A stretch of 64,000 bases of DNA, taken from a virus (taxonomy: Duplodnaviria; Caudoviricetes). The position numbers and the translations under genes were made by a program. The notes under the pieces were generated by a model. That model ran no database searches, was not told the origin of the DNA, and saw only the letters and a program-made list of their open reading frames with translations. Location: positions 4,288 through 68,287 of IMG/VR virus record IMGVR_UViG_3300035703_000078; one strand, given 5' to 3'. Shown in pieces: positions 1 through 8,742 of the stretch; the stretch's first letter is position 1, and each line of letters opens with the position of its first letter.

Positions 1-18
1 ACTGCTGGGCAGTGTAAG

Positions 19-249
19 TCACCGATTACGAGTGTGCGCATTCAATCTCCTTTTAGCATCTTCTTTCCACTGTACAGCTAGGGGAGGAAGCGGCTCTCCC
101 CCATCATCTTGGGGGATAGGAGCATAGACATCAAACTCTCCCTTTAGGTGTAGTTCCTGCCACTTATTGTAGGTAACTTTTCCTTTGTCTCGCAGCACGA
201 CGGGCTTGTTCTCGTCGTTTCTTTTCTTGCTTGGCTTTGAATTTGTCAT
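19..249 (-). CDS. hypothetical protein (76 aa)
   Basis: ORF with AAAGGA Shine-Dalgarno (SD); same strand as neighbours. Confidence 0.6.
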   Translation of the reverse strand: MTNSKPSKKRNDENKPVVLRDKGKVTYNKWQELHLKGEFDVYAPIPQDDGGEPLPPLAVQWKEDAKRRLNAHTRNR

Positions 250-269
250 AATTAAAATCCTTTGTATCT

Positions 270-566
270 TTACGCCTTATGTTCTTCTGTTCTGCCATAA
301 TTTAAATCCTGAATCTCAACAATCATTCGCTTTGGGATTTTATTAACTTGTGCTGTTTCATCTGGACCTACAGTATTGGTTACTGCAAAATGATCAGCAT
401 CCTCATGTAATATAAAACCTACTGTAACCATGATAGGCAAGGGATCTTTAGCATAATTCAAAGCCTTGTTTCTATCAAGCCAGCCTTCACCACCAATAGT
501 TACTGCATCAATCCAACTAATTAAAACTAACTGAGGGATTGTTGGATATGTAATATTATTAGGCAA
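270..566 (-). CDS. conserved phage hypothetical protein (WxDA...TVGF...IPK type)
   Basis: C-terminal part of ORF 270..704; the likely start is TTG at 566, overlapping the RNAP stop; the pattern LISWIDA..GW..TVGFILHED..IPK resembles a common small phage family. Confidence 0.55.
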   Translation of the reverse strand: MPNNITYPTIPQLVLISWIDAVTIGGEGWLDRNKALNYAKDPLPIMVTVGFILHEDADHFAVTNTVGPDETAQVNKIPKRMIVEIQDLNYGRTEEHKA

Positions 567-2997
567 AGAAATATTTAGATCCGAGTACTTCGGAAACATC
601 GAACTCTCCGTCTGGTTTTGGACAGTCGGGAAGGAAGATTTTGTATTTCTTTTCAATTTCTTCTTTGAGGTTTTCAAGCTGATTCTCCTGATGAATTTTA
701 ACAAACTGTTCTCTTAGTATACTGTGCATCTCATCTACATCTGGTGCATATGTTCCAAAGGAATCATGCACCATTGAGAAAGCACACATACCTTGATTAA
801 GCATTTCTCCAATTGTCATAAACATATGAGCTGCATCTAGCGCATGGATAAAGTTTGGAGAAATCGCCAGATATTGTGCCTTGCCGTCGAGATCTTCCGT
901 AACAGTTGAGAATACCAACTGCTGCCTGTTGAATAGTTCGGCATAGGAAACCCTTTCTAACACTTGATTGTACACATGATGTACTTCAAACCCGCTGGGA
1001 GTTGTCCATACAAATGGTTTATTAATACTATTTAGAATGTCTGCAACAGATCGCAACCATTCCTTACCTTTGTTGGGTGACTCCATAGTTTCTCCCAAGC
1101 CAGCTTGAATAGCTCTGCTTAGTTCTACTACAGCACCACCCCTGGATTCCTTTGGAACCCAATCAACATGGCCTTCTTGCTTTACATACTTCTGCATACC
1201 ATAGAATGTAAGTCCATAAGCATCACACATAGTAGGACGCTTGGCTACAGCCCTTGGTAGTTTATTATCCCAGTTAAGTAAGAATACCTGATACCAATTA
1301 TTTTCTTGGTGTTGCTTCATGTATTCTGTACTGGCATCTGCAACAAACTGATACAAATCTTGAGGAGATTCTGAATCAATTAGGTTTGTAAGTACAGCAA
1401 GTTTCTTATTACGCATAATAGCAGACCAATGTTGACCACCATTATTTGCACCATCCATTTGAATATTGAGCTGTGTCATACCATCAGTACGAGCAAACTC
1501 AAAGATAGCAGCAAGACGTTGGAATGATTTATTCTTTTTCTTTGAGGCATCAATCCATTGCTTGTTTGAATAGGGATCAGATGCTATTGCAATAAGCATT
1601 TCAGCATTATCATCTACCCATTTAACACGATCTTCAAATGGAATCTTATCCTGATCAAATAGGTTTGCTAGGTGTACCTTTAACCAGAACAAGCCACGCG
1701 GTGTCTGCTTGCGTGGTGAAGCAAAGTGAACAAGTCCACGATCAAAGTCTACACCTTGAGGTGATAGCAATTCACATACTGAATAAGCTCTACCTCTAAA
1801 GTCTAGTGTATATGGCATGTAAAAGAAGTTCCAATCTAGCATCTTCTTAGCTAGCTGTAGTCTTACAATCATTCTACTTCTAGCTTGTTCTTCTTTATAC
1901 CATTCACCCCATGCTTCATTAGATTCCTGCATCCACTTAGCTTGCTCTTCCTTTGTCCCTCCCTCCGGGTATGGCCTACTGAATGCATAGTCTTTAAAAG
2001 TAAATGCAGGTAGGTTAGCAAGCTTGTAGTCATTCTCAAACATAGTCTTCATTACATCATAGACTTGTTTGTTTACTGACCACTCAGTATGGCTGAGGGC
2101 ATTTAGACCACGGAGAACTAGTTCACTTGGTCGTGAGTCCCAATCCTTTGGGTTTGCACCAACAGGATGATATCGCTTGATCATCTTCTTACGGATCCAG
2201 GGAGATAAGAAACCACCATCTTCCTTTGCTGTGTGCTGGATAGGTGGACAGATCATTGGTCGATATACCAGACATGCTGCTTCAAGTAACTCATGTCGCT
2301 TGCTTAGTTCCTTGAGAATCCAAGGAGCAAAACAAACAAGCAATGACTTACGATTCTTTCCATTCCAATGTACCCTACTTACTAGGATATCACTGGATAG
2401 AGCAATGCGTAGCATGTTATGTCCTAGGTCTTCCTTTTCCTTAGCCTTTAGCTTTGGAATAGATCCGACCTTCTTAGTAAATGCTTTGCACCGCTTGATT
2501 GTCCAGTTCTTAATGAACTTGGATTGCTTTCTCCAATCTTCTGAGAACTTCTTCTTTGCTTGTTGATAAGATACAATGTTAATAACATCATCTGCAATTA
2601 ACTTAGCTACTTGCTGTGCTACTGGTGCATTACTTGGAATGCCCATTGTATCATCGAAGCTTTGAATTGTATTCCTAGTTAGGAATAAGCGCATTACATT
2701 TCTAATAGTAATGTCTGCCATCTTAGCTGCACCAACACAAAGTAATGGTGCTAACCAATCAGGCGACTTACGGTTATTAGAACATGTGTCAATCCACTTT
2801 TGATAGAAAGGTGTAAGATGAATAACTGCGCTTTCAAGTAGTAATTGCTCAGGCTTTCCTTCATCGACAGCACGGTTATATTCCTTCCAGTATTTTTCAA
2901 TACCATTATCTAGCAGATCTTCTTCAAATAACTTTTGATTAGTTACTCTAAATTCTTTTTGTTCTGGTGTTAGTTGATTCCAGGTAGTTAGTTTCAC
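559..2997 (-). CDS. T7-like single-subunit DNA-directed RNA polymerase (canonical, 812 aa)
   Basis: DFRGRAY, motif A MDGANNGGQH, motif B RAVAKRPTMCDAYG, WTTPSG, PNFIHALDA, motif C VHDSFGT, C-terminal YFFA. Confidence 0.98.
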   Translation of the reverse strand: MKLTTWNQLTPEQKEFRVTNQKLFEEDLLDNGIEKYWKEYNRAVDEGKPEQLLLESAVIHLTPFYQKWIDTCSNNRKSPDWLAPLLCVGAAKMADITIRNVMRLFLTRNTIQSFDDTMGIPSNAPVAQQVAKLIADDVINIVSYQQAKKKFSEDWRKQSKFIKNWTIKRCKAFTKKVGSIPKLKAKEKEDLGHNMLRIALSSDILVSRVHWNGKNRKSLLVCFAPWILKELSKRHELLEAACLVYRPMICPPIQHTAKEDGGFLSPWIRKKMIKRYHPVGANPKDWDSRPSELVLRGLNALSHTEWSVNKQVYDVMKTMFENDYKLANLPAFTFKDYAFSRPYPEGGTKEEQAKWMQESNEAWGEWYKEEQARSRMIVRLQLAKKMLDWNFFYMPYTLDFRGRAYSVCELLSPQGVDFDRGLVHFASPRKQTPRGLFWLKVHLANLFDQDKIPFEDRVKWVDDNAEMLIAIASDPYSNKQWIDASKKKNKSFQRLAAIFEFARTDGMTQLNIQMDGANNGGQHWSAIMRNKKLAVLTNLIDSESPQDLYQFVADASTEYMKQHQENNWYQVFLLNWDNKLPRAVAKRPTMCDAYGLTFYGMQKYVKQEGHVDWVPKESRGGAVVELSRAIQAGLGETMESPNKGKEWLRSVADILNSINKPFVWTTPSGFEVHHVYNQVLERVSYAELFNRQQLVFSTVTEDLDGKAQYLAISPNFIHALDAAHMFMTIGEMLNQGMCAFSMVHDSFGTYAPDVDEMHSILREQFVKIHQENQLENLKEEIEKKYKIFLPDCPKPDGEFDVSEVLGSKYFFA

Positions 2998-3149
2998 TCA
3001 TCATCCTCACAGTTATCATAGTTGCATTCGTCATTGTACAAATCTTTTGCACAATTATAACAATAAGAACCAGGTTTATAAGGTGTACCATCCACAAAAC
3101 CACACAGTGGACAATCCATTCTATAGTTTTCTTTGTTTTCTTTTTCCAT
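2994..3149 (-). CDS. small Cys-rich (CxxC...CxxC) zinc-binding protein, 51 aa
   Basis: Hand-translated MEKENKENYRMDCPLCGFVDGTPYKPGSYCYNCAKDLYNDECNYDNCEDDE; stop overlaps the RNAP GTG start. Confidence 0.55.
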   Translation of the reverse strand: MEKENKENYRMDCPLCGFVDGTPYKPGSYCYNCAKDLYNDECNYDNCEDDE

Positions 3150-3178
3150 GTAGTTTATTTCTCTAGCAATATACTAGG

Positions 3179-3895
3179 TTACTGGGAATCAAGCCAACTT
3201 TTCATAGTCAAAGCACACCATGAGTGCTTCATTAAACTTGGAATAAGAGCATCAATAACTTCAGCATAGACTCTAATTTCTTTTTGAGCATGCTTGCTAA
3301 CACGCTGTGAATAGAAACGAGCTAGTGCCGACAGTGATCCAGTCCAATACCATTCAGTATAAGTAGACTGTGGTAGCACAAACCGTGCCTGTTCAGGAGC
3401 AATACCAAGTTTAATCAAACTATTATAGGCATTGTTAGCTACAGTAATTGCATCTTGATATACAGCCCAAGCTGTATTGTAATCTTCAGTAGTAACATAG
3501 CTACCACTACCCTGCTTTACAGAACCTTCTGGTCGATAAGACCATTCGGGAATAAGGAATTCAGGTTGATCATCTACATATCTACGAGATACTTCATTCT
3601 CAACAAAACCAACCTTATGCTTGAAGAACTGAGTCCTGATTGGCATAGGTGCTTTGATGTGGAATGTAAGAGAAGTATGAGCAAATGGTGTCCAATGGTT
3701 ATGCTTGGCTAGATAATTAATCAACCTAACATCCTTGTCACATAGATGCATACTACCCATATCACCATATTCCCAAGAGCTTTCCTTGTTAAAGGAAACT
3801 CTAGCTGCATTGACTACGGATAGATCACTACCCATAAAGTCAACAAGCCGTACAAATCCAGCATTACCAACAGGAATCTTTTTATCTGATTGCAT
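3179..3895 (-). CDS. thyX: flavin-dependent thymidylate synthase
   Basis: VVNAARVSF, HNHWTPFAH, KHKVG..NEVSRRY (RHR-x7-S variant), PEQARFVLP, HAQKEIR. Confidence 0.96.
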   Translation of the reverse strand: MQSDKKIPVGNAGFVRLVDFMGSDLSVVNAARVSFNKESSWEYGDMGSMHLCDKDVRLINYLAKHNHWTPFAHTSLTFHIKAPMPIRTQFFKHKVGFVENEVSRRYVDDQPEFLIPEWSYRPEGSVKQGSGSYVTTEDYNTAWAVYQDAITVANNAYNSLIKLGIAPEQARFVLPQSTYTEWYWTGSLSALARFYSQRVSKHAQKEIRVYAEVIDALIPSLMKHSWCALTMKSWLDSQ

Positions 3896-4346
3896 CTTCC
3901 ATCCTTATGTTATACTTCCGCATCATGTCTTCTGCATTGGTAGTAATAACAGGCATATTAAATAGTTTGTTTAGTACAAGAGAACACTTGTGAACACAAT
4001 CATCCCGCTTAGGTGGAAAGATAAACCTAGTAACAGAACTAGGCCATCTTAGAAACTTCTTAAACGGAGTCATTGGTGGCAGCGTATTTACATACATAAC
4101 AATATTACATAGCTTCTCATCTGTTTCACCAATATAAAAGATAGTAGCAGCATCTTTATCTTTGAATAACATTGATTCACCTTTGAGAGAAACCCAACGG
4201 GGAATTTCAAAATCATCAAAGCAATGCATTACATTGTTATCAAACTGTAGACTGCAATGATTCCAGCTTGTAAAGAGACTCCAATACCACTGCGAGAATG
4301 GACTCAGAGAGTTGTGTAGATTGTAAATTCTTAGGTAAACTTTCAA
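3882..4346 (-). CDS. putative permuted papain-fold (PPPDE/YiiX-like) cysteine peptidase
   Basis: TTG start with AGAAAGG SD; VYLRIYNL, then HCSL (His), later DDCVH (Cys), i.e. His before Cys. Confidence 0.5.
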   Translation of the reverse strand: MKVYLRIYNLHNSLSPFSQWYWSLFTSWNHCSLQFDNNVMHCFDDFEIPRWVSLKGESMLFKDKDAATIFYIGETDEKLCNIVMYVNTLPPMTPFKKFLRWPSSVTRFIFPPKRDDCVHKCSLVLNKLFNMPVITTNAEDMMRKYNIRMEDAIR

Positions 4347-4446
4347 TTGGTATGGCCTTTCTTATTTCTTTGAATGGTAACTGAGGAGCACCATTGATGT
4401 AATCTATTTCTCTAATTGTAATGTCAAGTACGGATATAGTAGGCAT

Positions 4447-4482
4447 AAATAAAAGGGCTACCCCTAGTTAAAGGAGTAGCCC
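4447..4482 (-). terminator. intrinsic terminator after DUF932 gene
   Basis: GGGCTAC...GTAGCCC stem followed by TTTTATTT on the minus strand. Confidence 0.75.
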
Positions 4483-4487
4483 CTGAA

Positions 4488-5417
4488 TCAAACAAGAGCA
4501 AGAGCTGCGTTCATAACATCAATCTTGTACTTGGCGCGATTGCCAAAGACAACATCGTTGAACTTATTCTCTGTCTTCTTGTTACCACGATAGATTTGGC
4601 CGTGGTCCAGCCAGTTGGTCACGGCATTAGCCGCATTCCACATATTGTAACCAACCTGTCCAGCTTCTTCATCGAAGGTGTTAGACCATCGAATCATAAC
4701 AGAAGCAGCACGATTGTTGGCATCAACTTCCTTTTCATTTGAAGGGTTGTTGTGGATGTCACCAAACATGTTCATGTAAACCTGAGTCCAGAACTTCTGG
4801 ACAAACTCAACAGTAACATTCTTATTGGCAAGATCATTTGCCTTGTTGGCAAAGACTTCAGTAACCTTCTGGAACTGTTGAATACCATCAACCAAGGAGT
4901 CAATTCGTTCCTGAACATTACCCGTGTGCTTGATAGAAATACCCATCTTCCTAGTAGAAAGAGCAAGGTTCAGGGTGTTTTCACAGATAACGCGAACTGA
5001 GGTTGGAAGGATATCCAAAGCATGCAGACCATTATGACCACTAGTAAATAGTGTATAAGGTCTGACTTCATCATCGCGCTTGCCAACATTGAAGCTGTTG
5101 CCACGCATGAGATACCAGACACGCTGACCACCACCGAGACAACCAGCGGTTTCAATCTTAACCTTATCGCTGATTTGTTCAGCCATAAAGCCAAGTTCCT
5201 GGTTCTGAATTACCTGGTAGTCTGGGCCAACAATACCAAGGATAGTATCATTGTCAGTACGCACAGTAGCAAAGAAACGATTGGTAGTAACAGAGATTCC
5301 ATTGTTGTCTGCAACAATAGGACTCTTGTTAACTGTCCAATTAAGGTCTGCCTTTTCATTGGCTTCGACCAACGATAGACCATTTACATCTGTTCCAAAA
5401 GAACTAAAGATTGACAT
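4488..5417 (-). CDS. DUF932 / LGT_TIGR03299-like protein
   Basis: LNWTV, LGIVGPDYQVIQN, ETAGCLGGGQRVW, SGHNG, VRVICENTL, IKHTG, WNAANAVT. Confidence 0.9.
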   Translation of the reverse strand: MSIFSSFGTDVNGLSLVEANEKADLNWTVNKSPIVADNNGISVTTNRFFATVRTDNDTILGIVGPDYQVIQNQELGFMAEQISDKVKIETAGCLGGGQRVWYLMRGNSFNVGKRDDEVRPYTLFTSGHNGLHALDILPTSVRVICENTLNLALSTRKMGISIKHTGNVQERIDSLVDGIQQFQKVTEVFANKANDLANKNVTVEFVQKFWTQVYMNMFGDIHNNPSNEKEVDANNRAASVMIRWSNTFDEEAGQVGYNMWNAANAVTNWLDHGQIYRGNKKTENKFNDVVFGNRAKYKIDVMNAALALV

Positions 5418-5592
5418 TTATGTTATACCTTTCAATAAAAACTTTTAGTGGCAACCACTCGTTAGTGTTTGCCTGAAGAACCCAACCATCATCGGTGTAA
5501 TCTACAATCCAAGTATTCTTTAAAAGATACTCAGCCACCGAAGATTCGTGGGTCTGATTCGACTTCGTTTGGTTCGTCATAGTCTGGGACAT
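5404..5592 (-). CDS. hypothetical protein
   Basis: ORF with GGGAG SD in a tight operon. Confidence 0.55.
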   Translation of the reverse strand: MSQTMTNQTKSNQTHESSVAEYLLKNTWIVDYTDDGWVLQANTNEWLPLKVFIERYNINVNL

Positions 5593-5621
5593 TTAGAAAC
5601 TCCCACCAAACCATTTGTTCA

Positions 5622-5822
5622 TCAGTCAGCTGGAGATCGTCCGGCTGCTGGGGGATTTCGGGATTCAAGTTCTGCATTGATTACATCAATTTCAGTAAGA
5701 TACTGGGATGCTTCGGATTCTTTGTGAAACTTATGAAACATTTCACGAACCAAGACCAGCTCATCTACCGTAAAGGTAGACAAGTCTGGCCTAGAGTTCG
5801 TGGGTATCTTAGAAGATATCAT
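5622..5822 (-). CDS. hypothetical protein
   Basis: ORF overlapping the upstream stop. Confidence 0.55.
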   Translation of the reverse strand: MISSKIPTNSRPDLSTFTVDELVLVREMFHKFHKESEASQYLTEIDVINAELESRNPPAAGRSPAD

Positions 5823-6072
5823 CGGTGTCTACACGACCACGATTCATGTTAAGCTCTGAAATGTGTCGCAGAGCATGCCGAAGGTTATCAAACTCAAGTT
5901 CGCTCAAACGGATAGAGATGTTAGTTTCCTCATCTCCATTGGTTTCCTTTACCTTAAGTTCAAAGACAAAGGGAGAGTTGTACTTACTGTTGCTGTCAAC
6001 AAACGAGTGCCAGTTAACAGTGAGCTTAGAGTTGATTTCAGTAGTCTGAGAGAGATTAGTACGAGTAGTCAT
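5809..6072 (-). CDS. hypothetical protein
   Basis: ORF abutting the upstream stop. Confidence 0.65.
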   Translation of the reverse strand: MTTRTNLSQTTEINSKLTVNWHSFVDSNSKYNSPFVFELKVKETNGDEETNISIRLSELEFDNLRHALRHISELNMNRGRVDTDDIF

Positions 6073-6432
6073 TTACTTTACATTCTTAAGGTCGATGCAT
6101 TCCTGCATGTCGGGACCGCCCCAACATTCAGTAATTTCTTCGTTAACAATTTCATTAATAACATGGGCATAGTTTTTGTCTTCCCGAAGGTTAACAAATT
6201 GAATGCCAATGTCTTCCAGTGCGGCTGCCCACACTGGCCAGTTAGAATCAGTGACTTCCTTCAAAGTGAAACCAGCTTCTTCCAACATCTTTCGATTGGT
6301 CGTGATAGGGCTTGCTTGATCTACTGCAATACAAGCCTCAATGCAACCAAATTCAAGATCATGTTCTTCGCAATACTTGCGAATTTTATTCAGTCGTTCT
6401 TCACGCTTTTGTTCAATAAAGTTATAGTTCAT
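6073..6432 (-). CDS. hypothetical acidic protein
   Basis: ORF 6073..6486; the likely start is ATG 6432 (MNYNF), right after the upstream stop. Confidence 0.65.
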   Translation of the reverse strand: MNYNFIEQKREERLNKIRKYCEEHDLEFGCIEACIAVDQASPITTNRKMLEEAGFTLKEVTDSNWPVWAAALEDIGIQFVNLREDKNYAHVINEIVNEEITECWGGPDMQECIDLKNVK

Positions 6433-6434
6433 AT

Positions 6435-6803
6435 TTACCACCATCCGCAAACAACACCGTTGTTCTTGGCAACAATTCCAAACCATTCTGCTAGTTCTTT
6501 AGCAGTTTGTTTATCTATACCATAGATATTACGAGATTCAAACCCAGGTTCAATGACAAACATACGCTCACTAGCAATAGCAAGTTTATCTGCCATTGCC
6601 TTAACATCATCTTCGTCAATGGTTTCTTGATACAATGAAAACCCAGTAACATATTCAATGTAATCATTGTATACTTTACCACGAAATGAGTTACCCATAG
6701 TAGACATGATACCCCCAACCAAATAGTTAGGAACAAACAGGTCTTCATCCATGAGTTTAAACTTATCACCATTCCTGATACATGCGTAAGTGTCAAGACC
6801 CAA
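6435..6803 (-). CDS. phage hypothetical protein (MGLD...WW type)
   Basis: TTG start with GGAGG SD; MGLD N-terminus and C-terminal WW are typical of a common phage family. Confidence 0.75.
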   Translation of the reverse strand: MGLDTYACIRNGDKFKLMDEDLFVPNYLVGGIMSTMGNSFRGKVYNDYIEYVTGFSLYQETIDEDDVKAMADKLAIASERMFVIEPGFESRNIYGIDKQTAKELAEWFGIVAKNNGVVCGWW

Positions 6804-6933
6804 GGGAATCTACCTCCATAATTTCATCTTCAATTGCTTGAAGCTTGGTAATAATATCCTTAATTGGATATTCTTCTTGGTATTCTTCCATAGTTACCAT
6901 GAGATCATTGAACTTCTTAAAGATTTCTTCCAT
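6793..6933 (-). CDS. small acidic protein, 46 aa
   Basis: Hand-translated MEEIFKKFNDLMVTMEEYQEEYPIKDIITKLQAIEDEIMEVDSLGS; AAAGGA SD; fills the gap between genes. Confidence 0.55.
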   Translation of the reverse strand: MEEIFKKFNDLMVTMEEYQEEYPIKDIITKLQAIEDEIMEVDSLGS

Positions 6934-7327
6934 TGTTATCCTTTACTAGGGCTTCAAGAATTACTTCCATGATTTTATACTCTGACTCAGCAAAGTCCAT
7001 ACTTGCGTTCCTAAGAATCTCGGAACTTGTTCTGAAATCCAAAGCTCCAATCTCATATCTATAGCCATCAACAAATGGCTTAAAGATATTATCGGTATTT
7101 TCCCCTCTTTCCTGGACGTTCCAGAATTTTTCTGAGTAAGAATGGAATGTATCACACAAGGCACAAGTGCCTTGGTATACCCAAAGCAAACCATACTTAT
7201 CTTCCTTCTTCAGAAGATAGCAATGGGTAGTTTGGTACTCTCCTTCATAGGTATGGGCAATAACCTTGATACCCAGTTCTTTACAAACTTCATTAATTAC
7301 TTGGGTGTATGAATTATACATTGCCAT
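6917..7327 (-). CDS. hypothetical protein (G-x-C-x-x-C-D motif)
   Basis: AGGAG SD; YQGTCALCD. Confidence 0.7.
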   Translation of the reverse strand: MAMYNSYTQVINEVCKELGIKVIAHTYEGEYQTTHCYLLKKEDKYGLLWVYQGTCALCDTFHSYSEKFWNVQERGENTDNIFKPFVDGYRYEIGALDFRTSSEILRNASMDFAESEYKIMEVILEALVKDNNGRNL

Positions 7328-7330
7328 ATA

Positions 7331-7408
7331 CTCCTAGGTATACCTAGGTAATATTAATACTATAGTAATAATAATACCTAGGTTTAACCCCTAGCTATAT
7401 ACTAGGTT
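7331..7408. promoter_or_regulatory. AT-rich palindrome cluster (possible promoter or origin)
   Basis: CCTAGGTATACCTAGG perfect palindrome, TATTAATA, TACTATAGTA and further CCTAGG/CTAG sites, between a terminator and the middle operon. Confidence 0.4.
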
Positions 7409-7443
7409 AAAAGGGGTAGCCTAGGGATTAACCTAGGCTACCC
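7409..7443 (-). terminator. intrinsic terminator (CCTAGG family)
   Basis: GGGTAGCCTAGG-6 nt-CCTAGGCTACCC 12-bp stem, then CTTTT on the minus strand. Confidence 0.8.
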
Positions 7444-7450
7444 AGTTCAT

Positions 7451-7717
7451 TCAGAACGGAAGAGGAACATTTTCCACAATGTTCACAGTCACACCCTCAA
7501 CGAGGGGCGGGCGATCCAGCTTGGGGCTGGGGCGGCTGATCTTGCCCTTCAGGGCAGGAGCCTTGGGATGGGCAGCATTTTCGTTTGCCCAAACAGAAAC
7601 GGGAACCTTAACGGTTTCCTGACCAATCGTGATGGTCACATAACCGTTAAACTTGGGGGCCTGGGGGTTGGTGGTATTCACCACCCACAGGTCAACTCGA
7701 CACTGATTCACTGTCAT
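7451..7717 (-). CDS. putative ssDNA-binding protein (DUF736-like)
   Basis: Likely start ATG 7717 (GAGG SD); duplicated NPQAPKFNG / HPKAPALKG motif, VSVW, C-terminal PF. Confidence 0.5.
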   Translation of the reverse strand: MTVNQCRVDLWVVNTTNPQAPKFNGYVTITIGQETVKVPVSVWANENAAHPKAPALKGKISRPSPKLDRPPLVEGVTVNIVENVPLPF

Positions 7718-7808
7718 TGTCACTATCCTCAAAAGTTTCTTCGGGAGCCATACCATATTCAGACATCAGCTGCTCCCATTCGCTGACATCATTCCAATTA
7801 TCAGGCAT
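7692..7808 (-). CDS. very acidic 38-aa peptide
   Basis: AGGAGG SD; MPDNWNDVSEWEQLMSEYGMAPEETFEDSDNDSESVSS. Confidence 0.55.
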   Translation of the reverse strand: MPDNWNDVSEWEQLMSEYGMAPEETFEDSDNDSESVSS

Positions 7809-7821
7809 TTGTGCCTCCTGA

Positions 7822-8390
7822 GAAAGACAGTCTACAGGTTTCCCCATAGACTGCCTAGTAACCCTATTAGCTTGCTCTAGGCCAGGGTGGGTTAGGTCCT
7901 TAGCCTAGGTTATTACTACCCCTTATTTACTTTATATCGGGGTCAGCCTACTATAGTAGGGTAACAGTTTGAACAAGCGGTCAGGACTGTTCACTTTACC
8001 TGACGTAGCCTACCCAGCTTTGTGGGACTGTTAGTAAACCAAGACGCTACAGTTTGTTGCGCAACAAAACCGTAGCCGCACTATGCCTAATTTCTATTTA
8101 TACTCGCATAGTCGAGTAATCTAATATATGCCTTAGTATAAACCTTAGATTAGCGGGTTTATACTTATGATCCTGTCTAGTTGGATCCCAGGCGTATTAC
8201 CACAGGGTAGACAACTCCCAGGGCGTTTACTGGATAGGTTGCGGCCTACCCAGTATCCTATTGCGGTCTACCGTCTACCGTCTGCAACGGCTCCGCCAAT
8301 GAGTTTGTGAGTAGTTTCTAGTCATGCTCAGGACTACGAGTCGGGCAACCCGCATGCTGTCCTCTAGGACTATCCGGTTGCTTGCCCCGT
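7822..8390 (-). ncRNA. putative structured ncRNA or array of pseudoknots
   Basis: About 570 nt without an ORF of 60 aa or more; at least four complementary loop-tail pairs forming H-type pseudoknots plus hairpins; ends in a terminator-like hairpin. Confidence 0.55.
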
Positions 8391-8394
8391 TGTG

Positions 8395-8727
8395 TCATCG
8401 GTGTTGGCCGTAGTAGGCCTGTTCCTCCTGGCGGTAACACCTACACAGCTGATCAAGTTCTTCTACCCGCTTTTCGAGCTTCCTGATCTTTTCTGTAATC
8501 CCCACTGAACTGATGGGGAACTGCTTGACCTTTAGATACTGCTTGGAGGATCTAAAGGTCATCCCAAGGTCGTTGTTGTGGTCAATGACCACCTGCTCTC
8601 CGGGCTCAAAATACCGGTCGAACACAAACAACTTAAGTAGTTCCTCTCCCGAGAGTCCCTTTTCAACTACCAAGTACGGTCTAAGGGGAGCATCAGAATA
8701 CTCCCCAATTTCGATTAGAACTAACAT
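8395..8727 (-). CDS. hypothetical protein with C-terminal coiled coil
   Basis: AAGGGG SD; 110-aa ORF. Confidence 0.7.
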   Translation of the reverse strand: MLVLIEIGEYSDAPLRPYLVVEKGLSGEELLKLFVFDRYFEPGEQVVIDHNNDLGMTFRSSKQYLKVKQFPISSVGITEKIRKLEKRVEELDQLCRCYRQEEQAYYGQHR

Positions 8728-8742
8728 TTTATTCCCCTTTGA

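Noticed and set aside
567-704. N-terminal extension of ORF 270..704
   Set aside because: Lies inside the conserved RNAP C-terminus; a downstream start is more plausible
4240-4446. 68-aa ORF
   Set aside because: No SD (ATG directly follows the terminator U-tract) and it overlaps the better-supported 3882..4346 by 107 nt; not excluded, but unsupported
7822-8390. tmRNA, group I intron or hammerhead ribozyme
   Set aside because: No tRNA-Ala-like ends or T-arm/CCA, no recognisable P7 core, and CTGAGCA..GAAA does not fit the hammerhead core
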